Assembly: GCA_030390025.1 (NCBI GenBank)
Contig: CM059432.1
Location: 124,498,001-124,562,000 of the forward strand
Source: Squalus acanthias
Lineage: Eukaryota
DNA length: 64,000 nucleotides
Reading direction: 5' to 3'
Numbering within the stretch: the stretch's first letter is position 1; the number at the start of each line of letters is the position of its first letter. Below are positions 12,731 to 27,274 of the stretch, one piece after another. A program made the translations under genes and the position numbers. The notes beneath the pieces were generated by a model. That model searched no databases. It had not been told where the DNA came from and saw nothing but the letters and a program-made list of their open reading frames with translations.

Positions 12731-13939
12731 TTATGTCCACGTATACCACATCCCCACTGCATTGCCCTTGTCTACTCTTTCTGTTATTTCTTCAAAGAAT
12801 TACTTATCTATATCTATAAAGATTGGAACTATTGGAACAGTGTACTCTTAAAGAAAAACTGCACACAATAAACAATTAGATTAATGTATTAAATAGGATT
12901 TACGGGCATGCCAACTAGATTATGGCACCATGGGTGCAGTACATGGCAAATTCCTGATCTGCATTTGGCCAAGATAATTGTGTATTGCTTTGAAACTCAA
13001 GACTATGAAAAGATAGAATGGTTATAATGATATAATTTGCTCAATCCCAATTTTTGTAGAATTTCCTTTTCCTCTTGTATAATTGATCATTTAGCCACAG
13101 TCCTTGGCAGTTCTAGGGTTTTACACAAAACCCTATTCAAGGCTCTCGATAGGTTTCAGCACAAGATATAACCAAAGGCTAGCACACTCTTAAAGTTCTC
13201 AAGCACCCTGACAACTGCCCTTCCCCGAACACTATTGCTATGCAGATGCGATTATGGTGGATGTTCCTCGCCTATTGCTTCTGATCAGACTGGCGATGGC
13301 CACAATCATTTCTCCAAGTTGATAACCTCACTTAATCGGGAGGTCAGTGAATCCTTCTCCCTCTTTCCCTGACTACCCTTTTCATTTTAATCTCTCTTTA
13401 CTTCTGAAAGAGGAGTTTCCTGTATTTGTAGAGGCCTGCTAGCGTGACGCTAAAGACAAAACAAAAGATGATTGTGTATTCAGAGTCGTGCTGTGTTACA
13501 AGAAATTAGGAACATGAATTCTTTGTTAAATACTGTACTAAGGAAACATTGCTTTAACATTGAAAAATTGTGCTGAACTCCAGGCTAATGGTTCATATTG
13601 AAATAGTTTTCTTTGAATTGGTTTAAATGTATTTATTATAATCATTTCATTATTACCCATAGGCAGTGATATTTAAGCACATCTGCGATGCTGTATTCCT
13701 TATGTTTGGCTTTCGTATTGAAATGTATTACTTTAGGAAATGAGTTTGTGTTGCCATTCTTGAATCCACTTGGAAAAAGTTGAATTTGTAATATTCCAGT
13801 ACAAAGTTGTTCAGCCAGCACAACATTTATTCAGGATATCCCTATATAAGCAGAATCTGTTTTTAAAGTGATTGAAAATGTATTGCAAATAACCAGCTTT
13901 CTCTGATAAATAAAGGGCTGTGTGTACTGTGTGAGTCAA

Positions 13940-14645
13940 AGGCCCCGATATTTATGGGGGAATCAGGGAGGGAGCGGTGGGGAGGAGTTCCGGACGGGAA
14001 ACCCATGAGTACGGGTTTCCCGGACATCCCTCTGAAATGAACATCAGGACATATTTTGAATTTTTTCAGCAGGTTTCCCGCCCGATAGGCTGCCTGATTG
14101 ACAGGTTGCCTGATTGACAGGTTGCCTGCCAGTCGGGTAGGAAAGCCTGCGGCACAAAGCCGCGGCTGAGGAGCAGAGAGGAGGGAGGGAAAGATCGCGG
14201 GGAGGGTGGGATCATGCTCGGGAAGAGATCACGGGGGTTGGAGATCGTGGAGGTGGTGGGGTGGTGTCGTTGATCGCGGGGTAGGGATCAGTCGATCGCC
14301 GGGACGGAAGCAGGTAAGCTGGAGGAAACACTCCTGCTCCTCCTGGCCCACAAGCACTTACTACATGGATCTGGCCCTTCTCGCCTCCTTTTACCTGCCG
14401 GGTTTCTCGAAACCCAGGAAACCAAGCCGAAATGAGTAAAAAATAAAAAGCCTGTAAAGGTGAAGGCACGCAGCCTTCTTAAGAGGTTTTACCGACCGGA
14501 CTTTGAGAGTGGATTGGTCGCCCGACCCTCGTCCCACCTCCGCTAAAACGGGAAGTGGGTGGGTTGGAGGCGGATTTGAAATTTTTAAAATTCTATCTCT
14601 CCACTTGAACCAACCCCAACTGTTTTTGAGGGTTAAAATTACCCT
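13940..14645. mobile_element. GC-rich Harbinger-type MITE or remnant
   Basis: Ends GGCCCCGATATTTA / TAAAATTACCC resemble the other Harbinger termini here. GC-rich island in AT-rich flanks. Confidence 0.5.
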
Positions 14646-15060
14646 GAAAGACTCTGACCATCTGCTTTACACTTTCCTTAGTCCTTAGGTATCCTTTGGT
14701 TTGGAAATGAAGGTTCCACATTATTATCTTTGTTTAACTTTATTTGGCTATTTAAAAAAAAAAATTGTGGCCAACTAAACCAGTTCAAGCATCCTGGGGT
14801 CAAGTATAAAATGGATTAGCTATAGGCTTTCTCTGCTCCAGCATAGTGCCTTAATCCAGCCTCAGAGGAACATATATTGCTGCAGCAGTATAACACCTTA
14901 ATTTCCCACACCAGTCATCCTAATAACCTCTCTATGTGCCAATTAGTGTCAAATTATAGGTAGTTTTGTACTGCAAACACATAGCTTTTCGGAATTCAGG
15001 GGACACTACTCAAATTCATTTCGCATAGGACCCTGCTAGCCAGTGTAGAGATGACATAAT

Positions 15061-15809
15061 GGGCCAAATCTTGCTGGAGCGGTGCATCTCGCAGCGTTAG
15101 ATAGAATTTTTATCAACCATTCAGCTTGAAAAAAATTTGTTGGCAGTGCGAGTTGATAATGCGAGGGGAACAGGGCATCTGGGGCCATAGTGAATGACGG
15201 GACCAACCATGTATCTCCTTAACCAATGAGATTTAAGAATTGAGAAATAAACAGAGGAAGGACTGAGAAGGAGGGTGAATTAGAGTGGGTGAATTCAATG
15301 TCAAATCAGGTACAGGAAGAGAAATAAAGAGAGGGATAGAAAGATTGGATTAAGGGAGAGAGAAATAGAGGAAAAGTAAGAAAAAAAAATTTTATTAAAA
15401 ATTTGAAATTGTTTTAATCTCTAAGAAGAATTTACTACATGCAGGAATGAAATCGAACAGTTTAAATTGATCCCATTTTGGGCTGAAGAGATTGATTGGC
15501 ATTGCATTAACAATCATCATGTTGTTAAAAGGGTACTTGCACTCTTAATTACCAGCCCTAATTTTCTGCGGTGAGTTTAATGGGCAATTAATGTGCAAAT
15601 CCAACAAATTCTTAAAAATAATGTCGAGGCTAAGGGCGCGATGCCGTTCGTATGGAACAAACGGTGGGGTGGCGTAAATCAACCAGTAACTTCTGGAGAT
15701 TTGCAACTCACGGTGTATATCTTAACCCCCTGAATTTGCTGGCCGATTTGTGCATTACTAACGGCGAGTGTCGTTAACACGCCGTTATTTTTCCAGCAAG
15801 ATTTGGCCC
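15061..15809. mobile_element. MITE with perfect 18 bp TIRs
   Basis: GGGCCAAATCTTGCTGGA / TCCAGCAAGATTTGGCCC. The purine-rich interior resembles the MITE at 30308-32788. Confidence 0.85.
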
Positions 15810-17039
15810 ATTGTCTATCAACCTGAACTAGATTTACATCCAGTGTCCAGATACGAAAGGACAGTGCATTACTCAAGAGTTGTGTGAAAGCAGAATGGGC
15901 TAAGCTTCCATGTGATCTTATCTTCCTTTGGAAATATGGCAGGTTTCCACCATTCACTTCCCTTCATGGCACACTGAGCTCGGGAATTCATCATGTGGCC
16001 CAGAAACATGTATTACTAAGCTGTGGTTTTAGTCTCTGTAGATTTACAGGACAGACATGGATCGAATAATCTTTGGCAGCATTTTTAAAAACGTTAATGA
16101 TGAAATATTGGCATATGAATTGTTGTATCATAAAGTTATAAAAATATATATTAAATAGTATTTATTTTATGCCGCAGAGTGGAAACTGCTAGCAGGCGTT
16201 ACTTTTCTGAGACATTTTTTGTCTTGTATTTAAGTCACAGACAAACCAAATTTTACAGCAAGGTTTATGTGTAAGAGAAAAGTTTAATGATTGGTTGAAA
16301 TCATCTTATCATCTGGCTAAGCTCAATATCCCAAATAAGTAAATTAACAGGATGTTTAAGCAGTCACTCCAGTAAAAATCATTGAACTACATATGTTTAC
16401 AGCACAGAAAGCACAGCCTTTTCTAAAAACCTGAGTGAAACGTCTCCACTACATGACATGCCAAGAGGATGATCACAAGGATAATGACAATGGTTATCAT
16501 TATCTCTATAATCATCATCTGTTTTCAGTACATGAAACTATTTTGTATCAGAAGCCAGCAAGCATACCTTAAAGTTAATAATGTAGCCCTTCAAAAACTG
16601 GAATTCCAGTACCACACTATAGTATAGCACGGAAGCTAACCCAAATGTGAATCAGCCATCTGTAACCCTTTCACCAGCACAAACCTATATTTGGGTAGAA
16701 CAAGCTTCATTCCAGTTACTCTAACTTACTCTTTCCCAGGAGCTCCAAACTGTGCAACTCTTTACCTCAGTCTTTCCTTGCTCCTACAATCTATGGAATT
16801 CAAAACTCAAGTATGGCATCACCTTATCACTACTTCTTGATTTATGCCATCCTCACTCATGTTCTTTGCATCCTATTAGGTGTCCTGTACTATAGGGCCC
16901 TTGTCTTTCACCTAGATCTCTCATTTTCTTTAACGACACCATTAACCCACATTCCACTTTGCTTCACCTTTACCTTTATTTTTACATGTACTTAGCAAAA
17001 TGAAAAAAATAATGGCAACAGCAATCTCTAGGCCATTAT

Positions 17040-18360
17040 AGCCCTAATTTTAACTCCAGCGGGTTTTGGGTGGCTGGGTAGCTAGCGGGGTGAGTTTGAA
17101 ACTCACTCACTGCACCAGAAAACAGGCCTAGGGTATTTTAACTCCCGGGTCTCATTAGAATCGCACAGGCGCATTTCCCACCCGATTCGCTGAAAAATGG
17201 GAAACCCACCCTTTTTGTCAGCACAATTTCCAGCAGGTCAGCGAGAGGCCTATTTAAAACGGGAATGCTCCTGTTGTGCATGACTCGCAGGCAAGCCCCC
17301 AAGTTCTCTGAAGCCTCCATGGAGGTCCTGCTGGAAGAGCTCAGGGTGAGGAAGGGAAGTTTTCTTTCTAGCCAGTAGAAGGAGGATCCTAAAACACTAA
17401 GTGCATCAGGCATGAAGAGAGATAGCTGAGGTTGTCTGCTCCAGAATCACCGTCAGCAGGACCTGGATCTAGTGCAGGAAGCACTTCAATTACCTCACAG
17501 GAGGAGCAAGGGTCAGTCCTGTGTTTCATTTCTCCATCTCTCTCAACAACAGATGGCAACAGTCCTTTCCCCCCCTCCCCCAGCAGTCTCAACAATTCCC
17601 TCCTCTCCATCACATCCTTCGCTGCTCAGCACAAGAGCACATTATATCAATTTTCGATCTCATTACAAACACACACTCGCCTCCTCCTTGCTCCCTTTAC
17701 AGCAGTCACTAGCACCATTCTCTTTTCACTTGGTAGCCTTTACAGAATTCACCAACTTCGCTCATGTCTCCTTCCTCACTTCACACTCCAGACACGTGCT
17801 TTCCATTCGACACCTCCCCATCCTGATTCTGTTTGCTTCTTCTCACTTCCAGTATCTGCACAATAAGCAGAAGCCCCACACATCTGCACTCTCATTTGTA
17901 GGAGACACTCACTAACTTTACCCTCTTTCTCTGCAGGACAAGACAGCGCGTAACACAAGGGAGAGGAGCTAGACTGGGGGAGGACCAGCCAACATCCTGA
18001 ACCTCTCCGAGCTGGAGCAGAAATTAGAGGCCCCTCCAGAGCTGTCAGAGTAGGAGGCCGGGGGGGGGGGCTTCTCTGAACAGGGACTCTGACTATTACT
18101 TGCACCCCTTCGTGAACCTCGGAAAAACGAGCTAAACTACATCAACTTGCATTGAGAGGCCTGTCAGCTGCTACTGTACAGCCTTTCAGTACCGTGCTAA
18201 CTCTTGTCCATTTTCTCTTTTTTTCTAGAACCTTCTCAGCAGCCGCAGCCCACTGAAAAAGACCCACTGATGCACCGTAATGCACTGCACCACGTACCAG
18301 CACAGAGGTTGGCACCCCGACTGGGTTACAGAGCGAGTTAGAGGGGTCTGCACCCAACAC
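17040..18360 (+). mobile_element. Decayed Harbinger element with Myb/SANT gene remnant
   Basis: ATG ~17280 reads MTRRQAPKFSEASMEVLLEEL. A TWI*CRKHFN segment ends at a GTCAGT donor. An exon-2-like DKTARNTRER.*TGGG follows at ~17937. Confidence 0.65.
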
Positions 18361-19140
18361 TAGTGAGCAGCAACAGGTAATTCATGGCTAAGAAATATGG
18401 TCAGCTTGGTAATGACATAAGGCCTGATTTTAACCCTGCCCACTCAGCAGGAACATTGCGAGGGAACTTGAGATGGTCATGGCCAACGACCTCGAGCAGC
18501 TCAGGCCTGCGAAGGATCGGTTGTAGACTGTAGCACCTCGGCTGCTGCTGGAGCAGTCTGGCCCAGCTGGCTCTGCTGCAGCAGGACTGGCACTGGACAA
18601 GGGGATTGCAGGGAGCAGGCATAAAATGGTGGGGCCCGGAGAAGCATGGCCTCAGACTGTACATCCCTGAGAGTTGCTACCACTGGTGCCAAAGACTCCT
18701 GGATAGTGGGCCCAGCTGCAGTCTGCATAGAGGTCGCCATACGCCCCATGAAGTCCATTGCAGTGACTTGATGCCGACTTGTGACTCTCAGGCAACCACG
18801 GATGGTCAATAAATACTAACTTGCCAGTGTTGCCCACATTCCAAGAACAAATTAAAAAAACACTGAGGGTTATTTTAACCTAACCCATCTGATTTTACTT
18901 TCTACTGAAGTCAATGGAAGGTAATATTGGACAGCGTTGTAAACAGACAGCGGATCTGAGTTAATATTACTCCCAATAGTCTCCCAATACTGCCAGGAGC
19001 TGACTGTTTAAACATGCTCCAGTGAAGTACAAGTTAAATAAAAGACCAGCAGATTACTGTACCAACTGGTTTTATGTTCAACACGTGCCCCGCTCCGCCT
19101 GTCAGCAGGGTTTACAATGAAAGTCTGAATTAAAGTGAAC

Positions 19141-19325
19141 GGGGGCAATTTTGACTTTGGGGGATAGTGTAAGAGGGCAGATATCGATTCAGCCGCACGT
19201 TATACATCTCTCCCGATTTTCATTTCTATTGGCTTCAATGGAAAGGAAAATCAGGAAAGATGTATAACGGGCGACTGAATCGATATCGCCCATTTTACAC
19301 TATCGCCCAAAGTCAAAATAACCCC
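19141..19325. mobile_element. Fold-back (palindromic) MITE
   Basis: Two ~90 bp arms are near reverse complements around ATTGGCTTCAAT. Related copies occur at ~18866-18975 and ~32930-33116. Confidence 0.8.
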
Positions 19326-19879
19326 GAGTGAATTGAACAGAGCATGTGAACCATATGACCAGGTGATATAGTAATCAGCACATTCAAAACATGCACATTC
19401 AGCACATACTCCACTCACATGTTTGAACAGGCAGATCCTGACTCCCTCAGAGGCTGTGTAATTATTTTAATATCAAGCACTACATAAGGTTCCAAACCTG
19501 CCGTCCTCCAATGGATATTTGAAAAAGCCTGTCCTTTATAAGTACCTTACACTACACTGACATTTTGGCAGACTCAAAGGCAAACACAATGGAAAATTGT
19601 AGCCAATTTCAGTACCAAAAATTGTATGAAATAGTCTAGATCGTTGAAATCTAGAATTCCTGACTATGCTGCATAAAAGGCATTTAAAATATTGTCAATC
19701 CAAACTCTTTTAAGAACCCAGAAATGTCATTGAAGATGATATTAGTACTGTAACAAATATCAATTAGTTTTCCTACTATAATTTTCTAGTAAATAAATAT
19801 AACGCATCAAGTAATAAAATAATTCCACGCATTGCAATTGTCCTAACACACAAATGTCACAAACCCTTTTGAGTTATTT

Positions 19880-20726
19880 TATTTATTTATTTATTAATTT
19901 ATTCATTCACGGGATGTGGGCATCGCTGGCAAGGCCAGCATTTATTGCCCATCCCTAATTGCCCTTGAGAAAGTGATGGTGAGCTGACTTCTTAAACCGC
20001 TCCAGTCCGTATGGTGAAGGTACTCCCACAGTGCTGTTAGGTAGGGAGTTCCAGGATTTTGACCCAGCGACGATGAAGGAACGGCGATATATTTACAAGT
20101 CAGGATGGTGTATGACTTCGAGGGGAACTTGGAGGTGGTGGTGTTCCCATGCACTTGCTGCTCTTCTAGGTGGTAGAGGTTGTGGGTTAGGTAGGTGCTG
20201 CCGAAGAAGCCTTGGCGAATTGCTGCAATCCATCTTGTAGATGGTACACACTGCAGCCACGGTGCACCAGTGCTGGAGGGAGTGAATGTTTAAGGTGGTG
20301 AATGGGGTGCCAATCAAGCGGGCTGCTTTGTCTTGGATGGTGTCAAGCTTTTTGGGTGTTGTTGGAGCTGCACTCATCCAGGCAAGTGGAGAGTATTCCA
20401 TCACACTCCTGACTATTGCCTTGTAGATGGTGTAAAGGCTTTGGGGAGTCAGGAGTACCCAGCCTTTGACCTGCTCGTGTTGCCACAGTATTTATATGGC
20501 TGGTCCAGTTATGTTTCTGGTTAATGGTGACCCCAGGAGGTTGATGGTGGGGGATTTGATGATGGTAATGCCACTGAATGTCAAGGGGAGGTGGTTAGAC
20601 TCTTGCTTGTTGGAGAAGGTCATTGCCTGGCACTTGTGTGGCGCGAATGTTACTTGCCACTTATCAGCCCAAGCCTGGATGTTGTCCAGGTCTTGCTGCA
20701 TGGGGGCACAGACTGCTTCATTATCT
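19880..20726 (-). mobile_element. LINE 3' fragment (CR1/Jockey group)
   Basis: Reads QQDLDNIQAWADKWQVTFAPHKCQ and MEYSPLAWMSAAPTT.KKLDTIQDKAARLIG, with a (TAAA)n-type tail. Same family as 46445-46955. Confidence 0.85.
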
Positions 20727-22114
20727 TCCAAGGGCAGAAGAGACCTCCCCAAGACACCAACGCAGCCTGGTTGCACATTGCACAGGAGGGCAAAAGCAGG
20801 GATGTCGTCAGGAGCACCAGGCTGCAATGGTGCAAATCTTTCAATGATCTCAGTAGATCACAAAATATTACTGCCAAGCCACACTCAACCTCATTCTGCT
20901 GTGCCATTCATCACATCCCTATCACTCTGCCTTACCTATCCTACTCCTGCACATCCTTACTCACACCAACTTATCTTGCACCTCCACCCATCCCTCTCGT
21001 TCTACATTATCACTTCCCCATCTCAGTAGCCGCCCCTCACACTCACCCTCATCCTAGTGCAATCATACCAACTAACAACACACAAGGGTAGGCACCTGGG
21101 TGGTTTAGCCAATGTTCATGTAAATTTTCTGTTAATGTGTTGTCAAACATTGAAATCTTTATTTTCAACACTTTGCCTTATTTTACAGATCTGTGCTCAC
21201 CTTTGGAAATGTCTTAGTGAGTTGCAGTGAATGGTGAGACATAACGTTATCCCCCGCAATGGTGATGAGTCATTGTAGGAATGCTTTATGGTGATGGTGT
21301 GGGGTGGTGTTAACCTGGCACGTCATGTGGCAGCCAGGGTGTACAGCGTCAAGTGAAGTAAATCTGGTCATGGTGATGCCATTGCTGGCCTCCCGGGCAT
21401 CAATGTTGTCAGGTGCTGATGCCCTCTGTCCTGTGCAGCATCAGATGATTGTGGAGAAGGTTGGTATTGTTATTGGTGATGTTGGTGTGCCTGGTGATGT
21501 TGGTGCTGGGGCTGATCGTGGAGGGATTCAGAGGACCAAGGTGAGATTTTTTCAAGGGCACTAATGTTGCTGGAATAGATGGCAGCTGAAGTTGAGATGA
21601 CAGAAGTGAACTGTAAATGGTGAGAGAGCTTGCTTCAAGGAGGTGACAGTGGATAGAGAGTTTACTCCAAACACTTCCAAACTGCATAAAGCTCAAAAGT
21701 GTCTTCCAAGTCCTGAAGGCTCAAGCTTCTGACATTGGAAAGTGACCAGCTGTGAAATGGTAGCTTTCATACCACTTTTGCAGCTGTCACTATTCACAGC
21801 AATGGGGAGACATTGAAAACCTGACCTACTTACCTGACGTGATCTCCGAACGATGTGAACCCCGTTAAAAATGTGGGAAAATAGAAAAAGGCTGGCAAAA
21901 TAGTAGTAAACAAGCACGTAACAAGCAGTTAAGTATCTTAAATGCCTCCCCCATCGCTTGGTGTCGGGTCTGTTCTGAAATCGCAGACCCGACACTTTGG
22001 AAACTTACATGAAGGCGGGTTCGCAGCGGGTTCCCAACCCGTCGTTAATCATTGCGATTTTGACAACGGACCCGCCTCCGAATCCGCCCTCTGAGCGCCG
22101 GCAAAATTTAGCCC
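20727..22114 (+). mobile_element. Non-autonomous Harbinger derivative, left end lost
   Basis: Myb exon 1 remnant (AAWLHIAQE...RLQWCKSFNDL), a minus-strand His/Gln-rich transposase terminus at ~21350-21570, and right TIR GGCAAAATTTAGCCC. Confidence 0.75.
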
Positions 22115-23880
22115 CTGATTTTGTTTTTTTGTCCAATGCCAAGTTGTTCTAGTTCCACATTCTATGATGTAAGTATGAACATGGGATGTGAAAGGTTTCT
22201 CAATTTCTTTTGTTAAAATACACTATTCAATCATGGGGGGACAATTTTAACCCTACCCGCCCAGTGAAAGCCGGGAGGGTAGGCAGTTAGAATCCCTCAA
22301 GTTATTTACCCGCCCTGGAGCCGCCGGGAGCTGACAGGTTTGTATTTTAACTTGCTCTCCTGAGCAGACGGCAAGGACATCCGCCCAAAGCCAGCGGGGT
22401 CATTTTTCACATGGGCATGTCGGGTCCCGACGATGTGCAATTTTTACTTGGAGGACTGAGTAGATCACAAACTGGTCCCCTGTTAAAATCAGGGTCTATG
22501 TTCCAGTTTCCCTTGTTTTCATTTTTATTTTTGAGATTGGGAGCATCCCGGGAACTGCATCATCCATCACCTGCCACCTTCTCTCATCTTTACTATTCAA
22601 CCCTAACATACTGCCCTTCACCGACAACGTACCCCCTCAATCTAAACAGCACACAAGCCATTGAAGTCCTGGCAACATTTGATCAACTGAGAAGAAAGTG
22701 GGGGACAGCTTTAACCTCACAGTGATCATAGCACCTTCAGAGCAGTGGCATAAAAATTACATAACATCTTCAGTTTGTTAAAATTTTTGTAAAGGTAGAA
22801 ACAAAAATTGCATATCCTGTCAGCCTCCCCCAGTGAGTCTGAAGTTCCCAGTGCTCTTCCTCTCACTTTCCTCTTTTCATTGCTTTCTTTTTTCAACTCT
22901 TATGATTGGGAAAGAAATGACAGCTTGAAGCTTCCTCTGCCACATGAAGCCACTTCTTCCTCAAACAGGGGTAATTGCAGCATGCCAGTGTGAACGCAGA
23001 CCGGAAATGTATCAAAATTACTCAATTAAATGTTGGTTATGTCTTGCATTACTGTACATTCCATGAATGAATAGGATCCTTTGTTTTGGCCCAGTCACAT
23101 GGAATTACAATTTGCATCCAAGCAACAAACACAGATAAGCTTCAGCCCCTTTAAGTAACTCGAGTTTCAAGTCTGTCGATGAGAAGAATGGCAGTTCTGT
23201 ACTGTTCTAACCAAGGCAGGGAGAGTGAAATGAAATTAAAACATATTTTTATCATACCAATTTAATCTACTCCAATATTAGCCTGCCCCACAACCATTAC
23301 AAAATATGGAGCTCTGTAAATGTCACACAAACACTGTTTCCATTACAAGAAAACAAATATAGGGTCTAAAGAACTCAAAATGAAAATTATGAAACGTTGA
23401 TTGTCTTAAGAGAGATTGCCACCAGAGACCATCAGATCAGTGGCCCTCCCTGTAGCAAAGACATACCCAGATTCACAACGACACTGATTAAAACTTTGCG
23501 TTTGTACATACAATAAAGAGTGGTCTATGTACTATGTACTACCTCTAATTTTTTTCTGCAAACAACTGGCTTTATCCAGAATTTAAATCTGGATCAAATT
23601 TAAACCTAGCCTAAAGCTAATGTGAACCACACTTTAAAAGTATTGTGTACTTAGATACTTTATGTAGATTCAGAAGTTAGACTGTGAACCATTATTTCAC
23701 TAAATTACGTTTTATTTAAACATCTGAAAAATAAATGTTTCTCTTAGCCAGGTAAAACAAACTTTTTACATAATCGTGTAGGCAATTCTGGGCATTGTCC
23801 TCAAGGTTTCTGGGATGTGTTCAGCGTTATTTTGTGTCGAATCAGTAATTAGGTTATCTGCCAGTATTATAATTAGATAA

Positions 23881-24355
23881 AGAAAGAAAAGAAAGACTTG
23901 CATTTATATAGCGCCTTTCACGACCCTCAGACGTCTCAAAGCGCTTTACAGCCAATTAAGTATTTTTGAAGTGGAGTCACTGTTGTAATGTGGGAAACGT
24001 GGCAGCCAATTTGCGCACAGCAAGCTCCCACAAACAGCAATGTGATAATGACCAGATAATCTGTTTTTGTTACGTTGGTTGAGGGATAAATATTGGCCAT
24101 GACACCGGGGATAACTCCCCTGCTCCTCTTCGAAATAGTGCCTTGGGACCTTTTACATCCACCTGAGAGAGCAGATGGCGCCTCGGCTTAATATCTCATC
24201 CGAAAGACGCCACCTCCGACAGTGCAGCACTCCCTCAGCACGGCACTGGAGTGTCAACCTAGCTTTATGTGCTCAAGTCTCTGGAGTGGGATTTGAACCC
24301 ACAATCTTCATGACTCAGAGGCAAAGGATGCTACCAACTGAGCTACAGCTGACAC
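23881..24355 (-). mobile_element. SacSINE1/DeuSINE-like SINE, full length
   Basis: Reverse complement closely matches 963-1429. Confidence 0.88.
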
Positions 24356-26204
24356 TAGATAGCTAGATAGTTAGTTACAATGGATTTCACGAATTAATTT
24401 AATAGTTCTGTGGTTAGTAAAGGAATTGGAGTAATGTGATGGACTAAATGAGCAAACTGGTAACTAATGTTTCTAGATAGAAACCAGGCAATGAACTCCT
24501 TTAACGTAAGTTCTTGAAATATCTATTAGGAAATAGGGTTGGTAATTATAGGGATAGGTATAGACTGAGAAGGTGAAATACTCCAAGGACACAATAGTTT
24601 CTGTGCTGTTTGGGCATAGGGTACTGAGAATATTGGCTGTAGAAAACAGACAACTGGAGCTCACATGATGGTGTGAGAATGTATAAATATTGCAGTTGTG
24701 CTTGTTTATCTTTATATCAGGGAGTATGTATGCAGACTTTTCCTCTGTAGATTAAAGGGTAGAGTCCATCGTTGGATGCATTGTGCACAGGCTTGATGGG
24801 CTCAACGACCGTTTCTCATTCTCTGCTTTCTTCATGCTCATAAGACAGATTGCAATATGCAGAAAGGATATGCCATGGAACTCAGTAATTACCAAAAAAA
24901 AACTACTGACTAGTCTAGTGAATAGATGGAGGCCAGCTCAGTGGTGGTTTATTTATTGGAACATGGAGTCCTGTAGTGTGTTAAACCACACCTTGACTGA
25001 TTTTACTAGTTCACATGTTACTTTTCAAAGATTCAGACAGTGGCTTGGTTCTCTGTAAGGACTACACATAGCAGAAAGCTGTTACATGCTCCATGATACA
25101 GAATTGCTGAACAACACTTCAATAACATCGTAGTTGGTGAGTTCAGTGCAGAGGCGAGTTGAATGGCAATGCGTGCAATAGAGTGTTGGAAATAGCAGTC
25201 AACAGACTTCATTTTAACTCTCTCTGATTAGTGGGAACGGAGTGGGGAAGCAGTTAAAATGGAGCGTCTCCATTTCCCGCCCTGTTCCCGCCAATCTGTG
25301 ATTTTAACACTGTTTGTTTTGGCTGAGGATGAGGATCCCACAGGACTCCAGCGGAGGCCTCATTAATAAATGCAAATCAGGGTTCCATGACCTCCGCGGG
25401 ACTCGGATGGAATTGTAACCTGCTCCTGAGCGGAGTGCCCACCACAGCCGCCCTGCCAGGTGAACCTGTCAGAAAAACCTGCTACGATAAGTTTTAAAAA
25501 ATCTTTCCTTAATGGGGTCCAGAGCAGCAGGAGTGCCTGCTTCCCCAGCCCTCCCCCCTCCACAAGACGCTTGGCACAGCCTCCTTCCCACACCTACATT
25601 GCTGCCAACAGCCTTCTCTCGAGGCTGCCTGATCTTCAGCTCCTGTCTACTGTGAGCTTCTGCCGGCTTCCTGCTGGGACTTAAAGTTTATAGTGATTTA
25701 TATTATTAAAACTGCAGAAATGATGTTGTAGCAAAGAACAAGGCCAGTGAATGAGTGGGGTTCCAGCCTCACTTGGCCATGTTACATCTTAAAACTTATA
25801 GCTCCATAAATAGGTGTTTACATCTTGGAAAGCTAGGAATTATGTAACGTTTGATTTATGAGGCTCTGAAGTTTGTGTATTCCGAACCTTTAAAGATCCT
25901 AAACACTCATCCCTACTAGTTACCAACAATACTTCCCAGGGCAGCGCATTTTTGAGGTATTTGGTGGTACACTGTTCTGAAAAAATTTGATTTTAAAGGA
26001 ATGCAAGCTTTATTTGCCACTACTTTTGATATGGGACAAATCAACTAAAATAGGATTGTTCTGTAGCAAACTTTAAACAGATATCATTGCTGCTATTTTC
26101 CTCCAAATATTTCACAACTATGAAGAACTTGTACTGAGGCACGAATGTAATTTGGCTTAGAAAAAAATGTAAATCTTACTGCATAATATTTTGATATATG
26201 AAAT

Positions 26205-26910
26205 GAAATGAGCTTCCGACCACATATCCGCGCCATAACTAAGACCACCTACTTCCACCTCCGTAACATCGTCCAACACTGCCCCTGCCTCAGCTCATCC
26301 GCTGTTGAAACCCTCATCCATGCCTTTGTTACCTCTAGACTTGACTATTCCAACGTACTCCTGGCTGGCCTCCTACGTTCTACCCTACATAAACGTGAGG
26401 TGATCCAAAACTCAGCTGCCCGTATCCTAACTCGCACCAAGTCCCGTTCACCCATCACCCCTGTGCTCGCTGACCTACATTGGCTCCCGGTTAAGCAATG
26501 CCTCGATTTAAAATTCTCATCCTTGTTTTCAAATCCCTCCATAGCCTCGCCCCTCCCTATCTCTGTAATCTCCTCCAGCCCCACAACGCCCCGAGATATC
26601 TGCGTTCCTCTAATTCTGCCCTCTTGAGCATTCCTGATTATAATCACTCAACCATTGGTGGCCGTGCCTTCTGTTGCCGAGGCCCTAAGCTCTGGAATTC
26701 CCTGCCTAAACCTCTCCGCCTCGCTACCTCTCTTTCCTCCTTTAAGACGCTCCTTAAAACCTACCTCTTTGACCAAGCTTTTGGTCACCTGCCCTAATTT
26801 ATCCTTATGTGGCTCGGTGTCAAATGTTGTTTGATAACGCTCCTGTGAAGTGCCTTGGAACGTTTTACTACATTAAAGGCGCTATATAAATACAAGGTTT
26901 TGTTGTTGTA
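26205..26910 (+). mobile_element. L2 LINE, 3' fragment
   Basis: Reads YFHLRNI...LIHAFVTSRLDYSN.LLAGL...IQNSAARIL...LHWLPV...LWNSLP, with tail AAAGGCGCTATATAAAT...(TTG)n. Confidence 0.92.
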
Positions 26911-27274
26911 TATAAGTTCACAAAAGTGTTAATATTTAGCAATGAACTGTGTTTAAGGTAGTTAGAGCTGTGTCTGGGATTTACAACAATAACAACAACA
27001 ACTTGTATTTATACAGTGCCTTTAATGTAGTAAAACGTCCCAAGACACTTCACCGGAGTGTTATCAAACTTTGGCGGAAGCCCTGGAATAACAATGTAAA
27101 GAGCTAAAAACATCAGCTTGTGCCATTTCTCCGGGGGTTTTCGCCGATCTTTCACTGACTTTATGGCAAGAGGTCATGAGAACCCTGTGGAAATTCTTTT
27201 CCTTAATCTTCCGCCAAAGTTGCGGTGGGAGATCCGGAGAACCCTCGTGGAAACTCCAGATGTAACTCACAGAG

